Positions 1-48,569 of a stretch of 64,000 nt of DNA are shown here, piece after piece. The notes under the pieces were generated by a model. The model had not been told where the DNA came from. It saw only the letters and a program-made list of their open reading frames with translations, and made no database searches. The first letter of the stretch is position 1. Every line of letters begins with the position of its first letter. The DNA is from Nitrospirales bacterium (GTDB taxonomy: Bacteria > Nitrospirota > Nitrospiria > Nitrospirales > UBA8639): assembly GCA_965203295.1 (NCBI GenBank), contig CBDBCZ010000018.1, positions 480,001 through 544,000 of the forward strand, written 5' to 3'. The position numbers were made by a program, and so were the translations under genes.

Positions 1-2180
1 CTCGACGGCTTTTTTTTTTTTCTAGCGCCAGTTTAATGTCAAAAGAAAACGAGTAGTGAACAGTGAGTGAGAGAGCGAGGGAAAGCCAGAGGGAGGGAGG
101 GAGGGTGAGTGGGAGGGAGGGTGAGAGGGTGAGAGACTCTCGGATCCGCCTATATTGCCGCGCCGTCGAATAGCTACAGCATGCATGCAGCGCGCTGCTG
201 AAAGTGTGTAAATTTAAAGTGTGTACACTGACAATATGTGTAACCGCACCACTACATACTAGATGCCGGTGAATTTCTATACTGACTCCTCATTTTACTT
301 GTATTTATAGAGAGCTACCATGCAGATTGAGAATGGAGAGCTAATGGAATACCCTCATGATTTAAGTAAGTTCATTAGAGATGGCTTGAACAGAGTAATG
401 TGTAACGATGAAATCAATGTGCTGGCACTGAGTGCATAAAGACTCCTCATTTCTATTCAGGAATGGCTGAGCTGCTCTTGATTAATTATGGATATCGGCC
501 AGAAGTCAAGTACATGCAGTGGCCACGGCGCGGGAGGAGACAAATGCACCAGGTACAGAAAGTTACCTTGTAGCAGTGGTGTTCACTACTACTTACGTCT
601 CCCAGTACAAGGCTGCCTGTACTGTGAACAACTTAATTAAGAACATCTCATTGCCTATAGCTACTACAGAGATTTTTACAGCACTAATTCTGAATTGCTT
701 TGCATTCTTAAGAGTATGTACATGAATTTGAAGCCCTAGCAAGTGTCTCAGGCTAGCCAAATTTTGGCCACAGGGATAGTCAGGCAAGTGACTATCACAA
801 CCTATGAATAGTTTTGGTGTTTCAGGGACTACATCACTGAAGCTTTTGAAGTTTCATCTAGCAATGTATGGAGAAACAAATTTATGTACTGTATTCAACA
901 CTAAAATTCACAGTTGTTGAGTTTATAGGAGAATATTTGCAGCATGCCACTAGCTATGCCAAAAAGCATCCCTCCCTAGTAAATGTTTATAGGTTATGAC
1001 AGCTACCCTACCAGAACTTAGCTCCGAAGTTTTGTGCCCATACTAGAATGTCAATATATCAAGATTAATTACATGCATGTAGCTAATCATATAATATTGC
1101 AGAAATGGTGCTGTGAATAATGAGCAGCTTTGTTACAGGTAGTGAAATATTGTGGTAATTGAACTGCTTGAGGTCACCAAACTGTGTTCTGGGTATCCCA
1201 CCACCTTAATCCAGTTGCCACAATAGCGCTTCAGCTGGTTTAATAACATGTACATTGCCATATATGGGTAAAGGGGTCCCAACCTTGGATGACGCACTAA
1301 CCAAACAGATAGAATTTTATTATGTAAAAGTGTCGTCTAATGCAGTGATGAAGGAAACAAGCAAGGATGGTTATGTGCAGTGTATTATATGTAGTTGTAT
1401 TATTTTCCACAGTGAATCATCTGGTGATGGTGAAGTGCAATATGAAGACAGTTAGGACATGGTGTAGTGAATTGGTTGTATTTGTTATGTTGTAGCTAGC
1501 TACACGTATACACACACCTGTTTGCAAGACAATATAATACTGCTCTTTACTTTGAGATATACAATATTTAATAACCACACAGGCTATGCTGTGTAACAGT
1601 GTGCATGCAGATATAACAGCGCTGCCTGTGCATGTGAATATGACATGTATAAGTATCCCGTTCCCAGATCTATTGAGTATATCTGTGTTATTCAATGCTG
1701 GGAAACCGTCATGATCATGGACATTGATGAGTTCGACATTGAGTCCTCAAATTGACATCTAATGATAGCATTGGATGTGTGGATGATGGATCACGTGCGT
1801 GTTAGTGGAGATTCACTGCTGCTATCTCCCAAGTACATGTAGCTATAACTGTCATCCATACTTCACAGCATGCAAGAGACAGAGCCTGATAACTCTACAC
1901 ACCTTATACTAGTGACGGTGAGTTAGATTCCGTCTCTAAACAAAGTATTATTATGAAGTGGACAAGCAAAAATTTCAATAAAGTGGCCCCCGACTAGCAT
2001 GTACAAGAAACTTCATAATAATCATTGTTATATATTTATACATAGTGTGGTCTCACGTCAATGCTCAAGTCAAAGTGTGGACATTCTCATGGTCAAGGAA
2101 AAAATGCATATCCATTGAAAAGTAAGGAATGAAAAGACGGTCAAGATGTTGATTCTGGGATAGGATTGGAGTTGTAATAC
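1..2180 (+). repeat. Segmental duplication, copy 1 (pairs with ~8620-10600)
   Basis: Long colinear high-identity match from CGACGGCTTTTTT..GCGCCAGTT.AATGTCAAAAGAAAACGAG to ..AGGATTGGAGT. Copy 1 has an extra block at about 1695-2050. Confidence 0.9.
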
Positions 2181-3573
2181 ACAAACTGTACAAGCGGCAT
2201 GTAGTATCTGCCCACCACCCAGGAAGTGAGGAATCTTCACCATAATATATTTTCTACCATACTATCATACCATCCAGGTGAAGTAAACTTATAACTAAAG
2301 CGCATGGAGCAACTCGAGAAATAAAATTCGAACAGCTCAGGCCTACTTCATAGATGTGTGCTCAATTTCCATACTTGCGTGCTGAACTCTCCATAGATGT
2401 GTGATCATCAGCACGCATCTATGGAGGTTCAACGCGCATCTGTAAAGGAGGTTTCGCACACAACTATGGCAGTTCTTTTGATGTGACATAGGCAAAACAG
2501 ATGCTCTTTGTTCATCTCCATATACTATGTACAACTTTCATGCATATAAGCCTCCATAGATGTGTGCTGAACTTCCATAAAAGCGTGATCATCAGCACGC
2601 ATCTATTGAGGAGGTTCAGCACACAACTACGGAAGTTCACTTGATGTGGCATAGGCAAAATGCGTACTGAACCTCCATAGATGTGTGCTGATCAGCATGT
2701 ATCTATGGAGGTTCAGTACACAACTATGGCAGTTCATTTATATGTGACAGGCAAAATAGAGGCTCTTTGTTCATCTCCACACACATACCGTAGAGTATGT
2801 ATCAAGCACCCATGGGATCGAGAACCTTGGAATGCCGTGGAGAGGGTGGGCGCTTACTATGTATTTGTCCGCAAACGGCATGATTGTAGTATCTGCCCAC
2901 CACCCTGGAAGTGAGGAATCTTCACCATAATATCATACCATCCAAGTGAAGTAAACTTATAACTAAAGCGCATTGAGCGAACTTCAACAGTAAAATTCGA
3001 TCTTTAGTGTGCTTTAGTTGGAATACCGGAGTAGCTACATTGTATATTACATAAGCTTCAATAGTTGGCTAATTAAAGAGGGCTATACTACCTTTTTCCT
3101 CATTTTGCATTGTGCATTTGCAAAGTGTTAGAGTGGGCAGATACTACCAAAAAGTTAACGCTGAAGAGGGGGGTGGGTGCTTAAACATGGTGGGCGCTTG
3201 ATATGTACTCTACGGTATGTACAACGTTCATGCATGCTAAGCCTCCATAGATGCGTGCTGAACTTCCATACTTGCGTGCTGAACCTCCATAGAAGTGTGA
3301 TCCATCAGCACGCATCTATGGAGGAGTTCAGCACAACTATGGTAATTCATTTTATGATGTGACATCTCCATACACGCATGTGCGACCCTGCATACTAAGT
3401 TTCCATAGATGTGTGCTGAACCTCCACAGATGCGTGCTAATCAGCATGTATCTATGAAGGTTCAGCACACACTATGGCAGTTCATTTTTATGTGACAGGC
3501 AAAACAGATGCTTTTTGTTCATCTTATACACGTATGTACAACGTTCATGCATACTAAGCCTCCATACATATAC

Positions 3574-3756
3574 CAGGTGCTGGCTGAGCTTTCAACTTTC
3601 AGAGTCTGGCAAGAGTAATCGGTTTTATTTGTACGATTATATTATACCTCCACCTATAGCATTCCTCTTGGCAAATAAACATCACTAACGGCTACGCAGA
3701 AAGTTCTTTGATGGAGTCAAGGTACGTGCCACACCCTAGCCCAGACTTTGTGTTTA
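3574..3756 (+). repeat. ~180-bp dispersed direct repeat (second copy at 6056-6237)
   Basis: CAGGTGCTGGCTGA...CCCTAGCCCAGACTTTGTGTTT present at both sites. Confidence 0.85.
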
Positions 3757-4253
3757 GCACGTGTTAAATAGAGATAGCCTGAAAAACAGTAGTCTTGTCT
3801 TTATCCGCTTTGTACAGCAGTCTTTTCACCCTTTGCCGTGAAGCTTAGTATGCATGGTCGTACATACGTGTATGGAGATGAACAAAAAGAATCTGTTTTA
3901 CCTGTCACATCATCAGCACGCATCTATGGAGGGTCAGCACGCATCTAGGGAGGTTTAGCACACATCTATGGAGGTGAACTGCCATACTTGCGTGCTGAAC
4001 CTCCATAGATGTGTAATCATTAGCATGCATCTATGGAGGTTCAGCACACAACTATGGCAGTTCATCTTTATGTGACAGGTAAAACAGATGCTCTTTGTTA
4101 ATCTCTATACACGTATGTACGATGTTCATGCATACTATGCTTCCATAGATGCGTGCTGATCAGCACGTATCTATGGAGGTTCAGCAGGCACCCATGGAAG
4201 TTCGGAATGCAAATATGGAGGTTCAGCACACTACTATGGCAGTTCATTTTTAA

Positions 4254-4680
4254 CTTATTGCGCGCGGGAAGCCACTTAAGTTGGTACCAGCCAGATTATC
4301 AATACACGGTACATAGTCTTAGATAGAGCGCTTGCAAGATTGAGTCCTAAGGCTTTTAGTAGCCGTGCTCAATACCCGGACGATCTATCTAGCCACTCTA
4401 CATCACCATAAGCTTCACTGAAAGCTTCTAGCTACCACGCTAAGGGTTGCTAGTACACTCAACGCTTACCGTCTACACTTCCGGTTCAGAACAGCTGGAA
4501 AATTAATGTAGCTACTGGCTTCGTTTGCGTCGATATAGAGACCACACATACCCTTTTACAGCTGGGAGTCGCCAATAGCGGTTTTGTCTACTAATCACTC
4601 GCAGCACGTTCTACTCCAAAGCAAATGACACGCACGAGGTAAATTTATTTGCGCACGGTGTAATTTTTGCGTGCAGTGAG
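4254..4680. mobile_element. TTAA-flanked non-autonomous element (piggyBac-like)
   Basis: TTAA|CTTATTGCGCGC...GCGTGCAGTGAG|TTAA. It interrupts a satellite unit. Internal 4420-4500 matches the reverse complement of 33575-33650. Confidence 0.7.
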
Positions 4681-6900
4681 TTAAGATGTGACATAGGCAA
4701 AACAGATGCATGCTCTTTGTTCATCTCCATACGTGTATGTACGACGTTCGTGCGTGCTGAACCTTCATAGATCTTTGCCAGCTGCAGTTTTACAAAGGCC
4801 ATAACAGATGCTCTTTGGTCACCACGCGCGTACAAACCATGACAAGCATTTGCTTGTAGTTTGACAACACCAACACAGATATAAAAGTGTTTTCTTGTAG
4901 CGCTGAATAGTTTAGGCCTTGAGCAAGCCGCAGAGGAGTGGTCTGATTACTGATTAGAAAAAGTACCAGACATTTTAAAATATATACACTGCCAATCAAT
5001 AATACTGAATAAAGTAAAAAGCCCAAGATGGTCGGTTTTAGCTGAGAGGGTCACATGTAGATGCCTGCAATATAATAAACCTATGCGAAGCGCTCATTTA
5101 CAGGCTTACATACGTGTTTACGCTTATATTAGCCTTTGGCATAGGGAAATCCCCTCCTATGGTCATACACTTGTTTGACCATACCTCTGTGATGTAACTG
5201 CCAAACACTACACTCATACCCTTAGTACACTAAATTGACAATTATGATGTGTAGATAGATCGCATGAGTGACATTACAATCGCATGCAATGAGTTAAACC
5301 ACTGCATTGAGTCCACTATTGAGTCCACTATGAATAGTCAGGTTCTTTCACTTTATATACTGTATAATATTGTTCAATGTCTTCAAGGCTATCGACAGAG
5401 AGGTCCTTCTATGCATGGCGCAAGGGGATTGACTACAGTGTAGTAGTCTCCTTCAGGGCATGGCAATACAATGCAGAGACACAGCTTCAAATGCCAAAGC
5501 ACAGAAAAGCACAGATAGAAGCAAAGTGGTATTTATTCCAATGGATCTAAATAGTGCTTCCGCTTTAAGTTGCTGTCCTTGAGTGGAGTAGCCCAAGTTT
5601 GTTGTCCAGTCGGAGATCACTAATCCTCTGTCTCTGTTAATATTTGAGTGGGATTTCCATCAAATTCTAGCCCTAGCATTAACCTTTAACGTAATGCCAT
5701 ACTGTAAGGGTCAAAGTCTTGATCAGCCAACTTACCAGAAATTGACAAAATAGCACTGGTAGGAGCACATTACCAGGAATTGACAAAATAGCACTGGTAG
5801 AAGCACATAATGTCATAGAAAAACCAAAGAGAGTATAGGTGCTAGAAGCTTCAACCTGAGAGATCCCACAGCAGCTCTGTTACTATTTTGGGCATACACA
5901 TGCTACAGTCTGCTAGCTTGTGGGTGGCTTGAAACAAGTTACAGCCTTCTAGTAAAGTGACACTATACCCTACAATGATCAGCGATTCCAACAAGGTTGC
6001 CTACAACTCTTAAGACATCAAACCCAACGGTGATTACTGCCATGTTTGACTAAACAGGTGCTGGCTGAACTTTCCACCCTTAGAGTCTGGCAAGAGTAAT
6101 CAGTTTTATTTGTAGGTTTATATTATACCTCCACCTATAGCATTACTCTTGGCAAATAAACATCACTAACGGCTACGCAGGTTGTTTCTTTGATGGAGTC
6201 AAGGCACGTACCACACCCTAGCCCAGACTTTGTGTTTCGGTCACAACTAGAATACGATAGAGGCCGGGCATATACGGACTCTGGTCACGTGCTCATATTG
6301 GCACTCAGTCACGCCCACCACTTCCCATAGGATGTACAGATATATACGCGTACACGAGCGCTGTACACTCTGCGTGCGGATACACAGCCAGTGATGTACA
6401 TGTACACTTTGCCAACTACTCGATCAGCCCAGTCTGCAGTCCTGCCAGCTCCAAGTTGTGAATTATGCACCGCGGGGTATGTCTCTGCTAGAGACTTCTA
6501 GTTATTATTGTCTTGTGTTACATAAACATCAGCCCAGTGAAGTGTTTCAAGTGGTTGCTAAAATAACTCAAGGTGAAAGGACACAATTCCTTCCAATGAG
6601 TAACTCATGGTATAGGTGATGTAATTCTATCTCATGGGTTACTGGTGAGAATTTTACAAGATTTACTGGTGTGGGCACCTGAAGGTCCACCTGGAAATAG
6701 GCAGATACATGAGAGCATGCAATGTGCACCCCAGCAATGCCAGGTACCCATTACAGCTGGGTGGGGTGGTGTGTACTTGTGACATGAGATGGTAATCACA
6801 CCAAATGAAAGAATAGACAGTCACAGGCGGGATTCCCACCACCAACCCCCCTTGGGTTGTGAGTCCAGTGCTCTAACCACTACACCGTCGTGACACCCAC

Positions 6901-7039
<139 letters not shown>

Positions 7040-8287
7040 ATAGATGATATACTTCCATATAATCTATGCACACATGCAGATTACTGTATAGCCCTTGCTG
7101 TGCATGAGCAAGGAGGGTTAACAACAGCAGGTGGGTTACTTTGATCTGGTGGTGCACACATGTTGCTAAGCATCTCTTGTTGAGGCAAGACTAATTACTA
7201 CTAACTAGATCATGTATACTGGCCACAGTAATATCATGGCTTCTAAGCGAGGTATGACTGTCTAAACTTTTAGCCATGCAGGCTTCCTCTCCAGATTTTA
7301 TCACCTGGGAAAAAAAATCTTAGGGCCACCTGAGCCAGGGAGTCTGGGGAGACTTGGGCCACTCCACTTTTCATGCATGCAGATTATTAGTATTTTTTCG
7401 TCAGCCTTTGCTAAGTTTCATCGCGTGAGTAAGTCTTATCGCGTTAGACTACAGGAATCAACTTCTAGAGTTTTCTCTCAGGTGAACAGCCAATGCAGAC
7501 AACCGACTACAAACACAAAAGTAATCTTTTCTCCAGTATGAGTTTGAGAACACATCAAAACAGATATCAAAAATGTGAATTTGGCTAAAATAACATGCAG
7601 TTACATATTGATCACCGTTTTGAGTGAGATTTCCGGCATGATGTTTACTGTCAGTGTCCACCCCTTCAGTGCTACCGGGAACAAATTTTTTACTACCCCA
7701 TGTGCAGAATTTTGCAAATTGGTTGTCCACAGGAGAGGGGAAATAGGAAGTGACTCTCAAGCATAATTACGTCAGGTTGTCAAAATCAAAGGCTACCTCC
7801 CATTTTTCTATTGCACTGGATAACCAACCTGCAAACCTCTGTAGCTAGCTGCTATCATGTACATTAGCCAACCACCATAGTAAGCATGGATTTTAGATTG
7901 CACCGTAAGGGCGATTACTTAAATCATATCTTTACGAGAGGGGACAAACCTAATGCACAATGACACTATACATAGTCTGTGAACAGCCCCACTGTAACAG
8001 ACAATATATGCCAAGACGTATATAGTCTCCTGCCCAGACCACATGAGACTAGCCAAGACAGTGAACGAGCCTAGAAGCTGGCTCATCAAATTTTGCAGAA
8101 TCCATATAACGGCCACTTTGTGCGGCCTCTGACAATCTTAATTGCATGCTGATAACTTATACAAAATACGATAATTGAATCAGTTAGATAACAGATACAG
8201 TAGTTGGTTAGATCTGATCGGAAGAGCTTGCGACAGGCTACTCGTAGCGGTGACTGTATCTGGCGCTCTAACCCCGCTGCAGCAAAC

Positions 8288-8533
8288 ATGAAGGTCTTGG
8301 TCATTCTGGTGGTTCTGGGATTCCTGGCTGCATCTGTACATACCACGAGCGACGAGTGCAAAATTTGCGTGGACGCTTGTGCGGCGACCTGCTCAGGTCT
8401 CACTTGTCTGGTCTGCTCAACAATTTGTGCTGTGGAGTGCGCGAAAGTGGTAGGTTCGATATTCGCCGAAGCTAGTTGTGTGCGTATATGTATTATGCTT
8501 GCTTGCATGCAAACTTGTACGTCGTCCTATTAG
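8288..8533 (+). CDS. Single-exon secreted cysteine-rich peptide (81 aa, 12 Cys)
   Basis: ATG at 8288 (gcaaacATG). Protein: MKVLVILVVLGFLAASVHT (signal-peptide-like) then TSDECKICVDACAATCSGLTCLVCSTICAVECAKVVGSIFAEASCVRICIMLACMQTCTSSY*. The regular Cys spacing Cx2Cx3Cx3C-x4-Cx2Cx3Cx3C-x12-Cx3Cx4Cx3C is unlikely by chance. Confidence 0.8.
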   Translation: MKVLVILVVLGFLAASVHTTSDECKICVDACAATCSGLTCLVCSTICAVECAKVVGSIFAEASCVRICIMLACMQTCTSSY

Positions 8534-8619
8534 TGGTAGCGGGAAGTTTGCCTTGCATAGGTTTTATAGCCGTGCGTATTATTTTCGCAAAAAAGCCGGT
8601 TAGCGGCTGCGGCGAAACC

Positions 8620-10600
8620 ACGACGGCTTTTTTTTCTTCTTTTTTCTGGCGCCAGTTGAATGTCAAAAGAAAACGAGTAGTGAACAGTGAGTGAGAGAGC
8701 AAGGGAAAGCCAGAGGGAGGGAGGGTGAGAGACTCGGATCTGCCTATATTGCCGCGCCATCGAGAAACTACAGCAGCGCGCTGCTGATTGTGTGTAAAAG
8801 TGTGTACACTGACAATATGTGTAAATGGTGTAATTAAAGACCTTAATTAAAGACCTTCATCCATACCTATATTTACTAAACGTTAGCGCTCAAACAATAT
8901 TGTACTGATTCAACTGCTGTACGTACCGCACCACTACATGTAGAAGCCGGTGAATTTCTATACTGACTCTTCATTTTACTTGTATTTATAGAGAGCTACC
9001 ATGCAGATGGAGAATGGAGAGCTAATGGAATACCCTCATGATTTAAGTAAGTTCATTAGAGATGGCTTGAACAGAGTAATGTGTAACGATGAAATCAATG
9101 TGCTGCTGTGAGTGGCACTGAGTGCATAAAGACTCCTCATTTCTATTCAGGAATGGCTGAGCAGCTCTTGAATAATTATGGATATCGGCCAGAAGTCAAG
9201 TACATGCCACAGCGCTGGAGGAGGCAAATGCACCAGGTACAGAATGTTACCTAGTAGCGGTGGTGTTCACTATGTACGTCTTCCAGTACTGCTGGCTGCC
9301 TGTACTGTGAATAGCTTAAAGTAGTGGGATACTAAAATGTAGTTTGACAAATTAATTGAGAACAACTCATTGCCTATAGCTACTACAAAGATACATGATT
9401 TTTACAGCACTAATTCTGAATTGCTTTGCATTCCCAAGAGTATGTACATGTATGTACCTCCAAAAACTTCTGAGAATTTGAAGCCCTAGCAAGTGTCTCA
9501 GGAAAAGAATTCCTAGCCAAATTTTGGCCACTGGGATGGTCAGGCAAGTGACTATCACAACCTATGAATAGTTTTGGTGTTTCAGGGACTAGCTGAAGCT
9601 TTTAAAGTTTCATGTAGCAATGTATGGAGAAACAAATGTATGTACTGTATTCAACACTAACATTCACAGTTGTTGAGTTTATAGGAGAATATTTTCAGCA
9701 TGCCACTATAGCTATGCCAAAAAGCTTCCCTCCCTAGTAAATGTTTGTAGGTTATGACAGCTACCCTACCAGACTGATCCTCGAGCCAAAACCTAGCTTG
9801 GAAATTTTGTGCCCTTAGGCACATGCTAGAATGTCAATATCTCAAAAGATTTATTAGGTACATATTATTGTAGAAATAGTGCTGTGAATAATCAGCAGCT
9901 TTGTTATAAATAGTGAAATATTATGCTTTAATTGAATTGCTTGAGGTCATCAAACTGTGTTCTGGGTATCCCACCACCTTTATCCAGTTGCCACAATAGC
10001 GCTTCAGCTGGTTTAATAACATGTACATTGCCATATATGGGTAAAGGGGTCCCGACCAGATATTGTTTGGATGACATGCTAACCAAACAGAGAGAATTTT
10101 ATTATGTGAAAGTGTCATCCTATGCAGCGATGAAGGAAACAAACGAGGATGGTTATGTGCAGAATATTATAAGCTGTGTTATTTTCCACAGTGAATCATC
10201 TGGTGATGGTGAAGTGCAATATGAAGACAGTTAGGACAAGCTGTAGTGAATTGGTTGTATTTGTCATGTTGTAGCTAGCTATACACACACACCTGTTTGT
10301 AGGACAATATAATACTGCTCTTCACTTAACAGAACTTTGAGATATACAATATTGTGTAACCACACAGGCTATGCTGTGTAACAGTGAAACAGTGTGCATG
10401 TGGATGTAATAGCGCTGCCCGTGCATGTGAATAATTATGTGTAAGTATCCCGTTCCCAGATCTATAGAGTATATCTGTGTCTATTCTCGTCAATTCTCAA
10501 GCCGAAGTGTACACATTCTGACTCATGGTCAAGGAAAAATGCATATCCATTGAGGATGGAACGTAGGTCAAGCTGTTGATTATGTAATAGGATTGGAGTG
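8620..10600 (+). repeat. Segmental duplication, copy 2 (3' flank of the Cys-rich peptide gene)
   Basis: Matches 1-2180. The ORFs at 1255-1455 and 9932-10234 share near-identical translations as a result. Confidence 0.9.
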
Positions 10601-11484
10601 GCATAAACTGCAGGACATGTTTCATACCATATTCATAGCATTGCACAACTTGGCAAGTTCAAGGTAGAGAACTTTAAGTGCAAGAATTTATTTGAGTTAG
10701 CTTGTTCTTACAAAGGTTCACCACCAAAGCGGAAGTTGCTAGTATGACAGAGCAGTTAAGCCAAGTCGTTTGAATGCTTAGATTGCTCGTTTGAAACCCA
10801 CCACTTGCACTTAGCTCTTAGCCAATTAATTTTTCCATGATGCTGCCAAAGGTGGAAGTGGTCAACATGGGAGTTGGACTAATCAGCAGTAATTTTCACA
10901 CTCCTGCAGGTGCAATCTGTGCATCGTAATGGCTATTCATACACTCTGGTCTCAACATTGCTCTAGAGAGACTGATCAAGATGCCAAACAGACCGACCAC
11001 TCTCATTAATGGCTGAAAAACAATCAACAGGAAATGTTTGTAGATCATTTTTGGAGAAACGGGATGACGCTACAAGTTTCACTCAAGAAAATAAAGGAAG
11101 AGCTTATTGAGTATCTGTTGTATAAACTTGGGGTGTTTTATCAGTGAGCTTTGCACTATGTTTTGATTATTGTAGTGGTTGTTCATACCACTCACATTTT
11201 AGCTGTTTTATTTTGAACACTGCTATAATTACACAAGATCACTTACGGAGAACCGACTTATGCTACTCTCTATTACAATTTCATTATTAGAGTGTGCATA
11301 GCCAATGGTATTTCACTATTGTAGTAAGTAATATCAATAATTTATTGTACCCGGGTTATCATATAGACCATCGTATCACAAAGTTGTAAGTTTAAACATA
11401 CAAAAAAATGCAATTCAGTCATACAAAGTTTGCTTTTGGCACTCCAGTCTTTGGGATTAACTATTGGTGCGGATAATCTTACGG

Positions 11485-28888
<17,404 letters not shown>

Positions 28889-29579
28889 CTTCTGTAAATT
28901 TCGCTCTGTGGCGGCGATCTTCGCTCAAAATGACAGCCAGGCGACTACAAAGAGCCAGAACTCGTATATAGTGCGAGCAAACAGCAGCACTCACCACCTG
29001 TTGCGCGTCTGTGTTGTGATAGCGGCTTCCCAGATGTGGCTGCACGAAGCCGCATTGTTACAATCCGTGGGTAGAGCGGAGTATATCACGTGAACTATAC
29101 CCAGCCGAGCGGTGGGGCTGAGAGGTGGGGCTGACTACGCGAGTGCAGTCAAGATAGTGGTAATGTCTTTTTCTACATGCAATAAAGAAATTGTCTATAG
29201 CTTTCATTTTGAATCTTGTAATTATATATTTGCCGCACAATTGTATACAACGAATGAATGGAAAAATAATCAGAGCGTAAGCGTGTAATGTACAGTACAT
29301 GTAGTTTGCATGCCCACACTTGAAGCCGTTGATAAGTTGACACTGATCATGTTCAGTGGTTAAACAAGATAACAATTTTATAAGTGTTCTCAAGTTACAA
29401 CCATTTCCAACATCACTGTACTAGGCTTCAATGCTGCAGGTAATAGAATTAACGTGTAGAGATTCTTGGTGTGGTTGCTTGGAGTTTGGTTTTATTTCTT
29501 ATATACTCAAGTAACAGGCTCACAGTACACTTTTAGCTATACACCTAAAGTTACAGGTAGCTGATTGAGTAGAAATACT

Positions 29580-47667
<18,088 letters not shown>

Positions 47668-48569
47668 CCTTTTCGGAAAGCAACACAGTTGTAAGAAACT
47701 GTACAGCGACCGTATACAGGAAGAAGTTAAAGGAACACTTCTGCAGCGAGTAATTGTTATATAGCCCCGGAATTATCAATACCCGGTAGTGTCCGTGCGC
47801 GTTCCACGGACGTGACGTCACTAATGAGGCTCGATTTTGTGAAGTTTGCGCGAAGACCATGACGTCATCGATATTACTTCGAACGCCGCAAGCATTGGAG
47901 CGTTTTGCCAGCCGACGGTATTATGATGGCATCTAAGGAGCACTATAATTGGAGCGCACTCAATTGCAAAAGTTAGGGTTGACGGACCGCGAAAAATTGT
48001 TAGGCGCGTGAATTAGGGTAGAGTTAGGGCCAGGGTTAGGCTATGTAATTCTTCGCGGGCCATAATTTTTTGGCGGTCCGTCAAATCAATCGAAGTTAGT
48101 GCTAGTCCGGCAAGTGCACAGCTGTAAATGCTAGACAAACTATGACGAAGTACAAAACCAGCTAATGCTTGTATTTCTGCTCTCACCAGCCTTTGTTGCC
48201 TTGCATGCCGTGCTTTGCATTGTCGTGTCAACAAAAATTTTAATATAGCTAATGCTTGCGATGTTTTAATACACTACAGGACTCAGAGGAATGGTGTACT
48301 TTCCACATAGTGCACTTAGCTGATATACTATCTTAACCATATCCCTAACTGTTATATTTAATACATATACATGTACATATCACTTAAAATGGATCATTGT
48401 AGACAGTTTCCAATAGTAAAGCTGCTGCATGTTCATACATCATACAAAATATAGAAAGAATGGGCACTAAAAGCTGTTTACATAAACACATCCAATCACT
48501 ACATGTAGCTACCACAATAAACACCAAATATATAGACAAGTGTATGGAAGCAGCTGTAGTATGAGAGAG

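Larger units (their letters stand above)
2343..4830. repeat. Complex satellite built from a 21-bp motif in both orientations
   Basis: GAACCTCCATAGATGCGTGCT and its reverse complement recur many times, alternating with a ~70-bp linker (ATGTGACA.AGGCAAAACAGATGCTCTTTGTTCATCTCCATAC..). Interrupted by other repeats. Confidence 0.85.

Noticed and set aside
300..1455. Plus-strand exon-like segments in the duplicated block
   Set aside because: Some AG/GT pairs exist, but I could not build a consistent frame or recognisable protein, and the two copies differ by indels.
2343..4250. CRISPR-like array
   Set aside because: Repeats are degenerate and in both orientations, the intervening sequences are themselves repeated, there are no cas genes, and the context is eukaryotic.
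8086..8508. 140-aa minus-strand ORF and the longer 8204 start
   Set aside because: The minus ORF is the antisense shadow of the Cys-rich peptide gene. The 8204 start is TTG, whereas ATG 8288 directly precedes the signal peptide.
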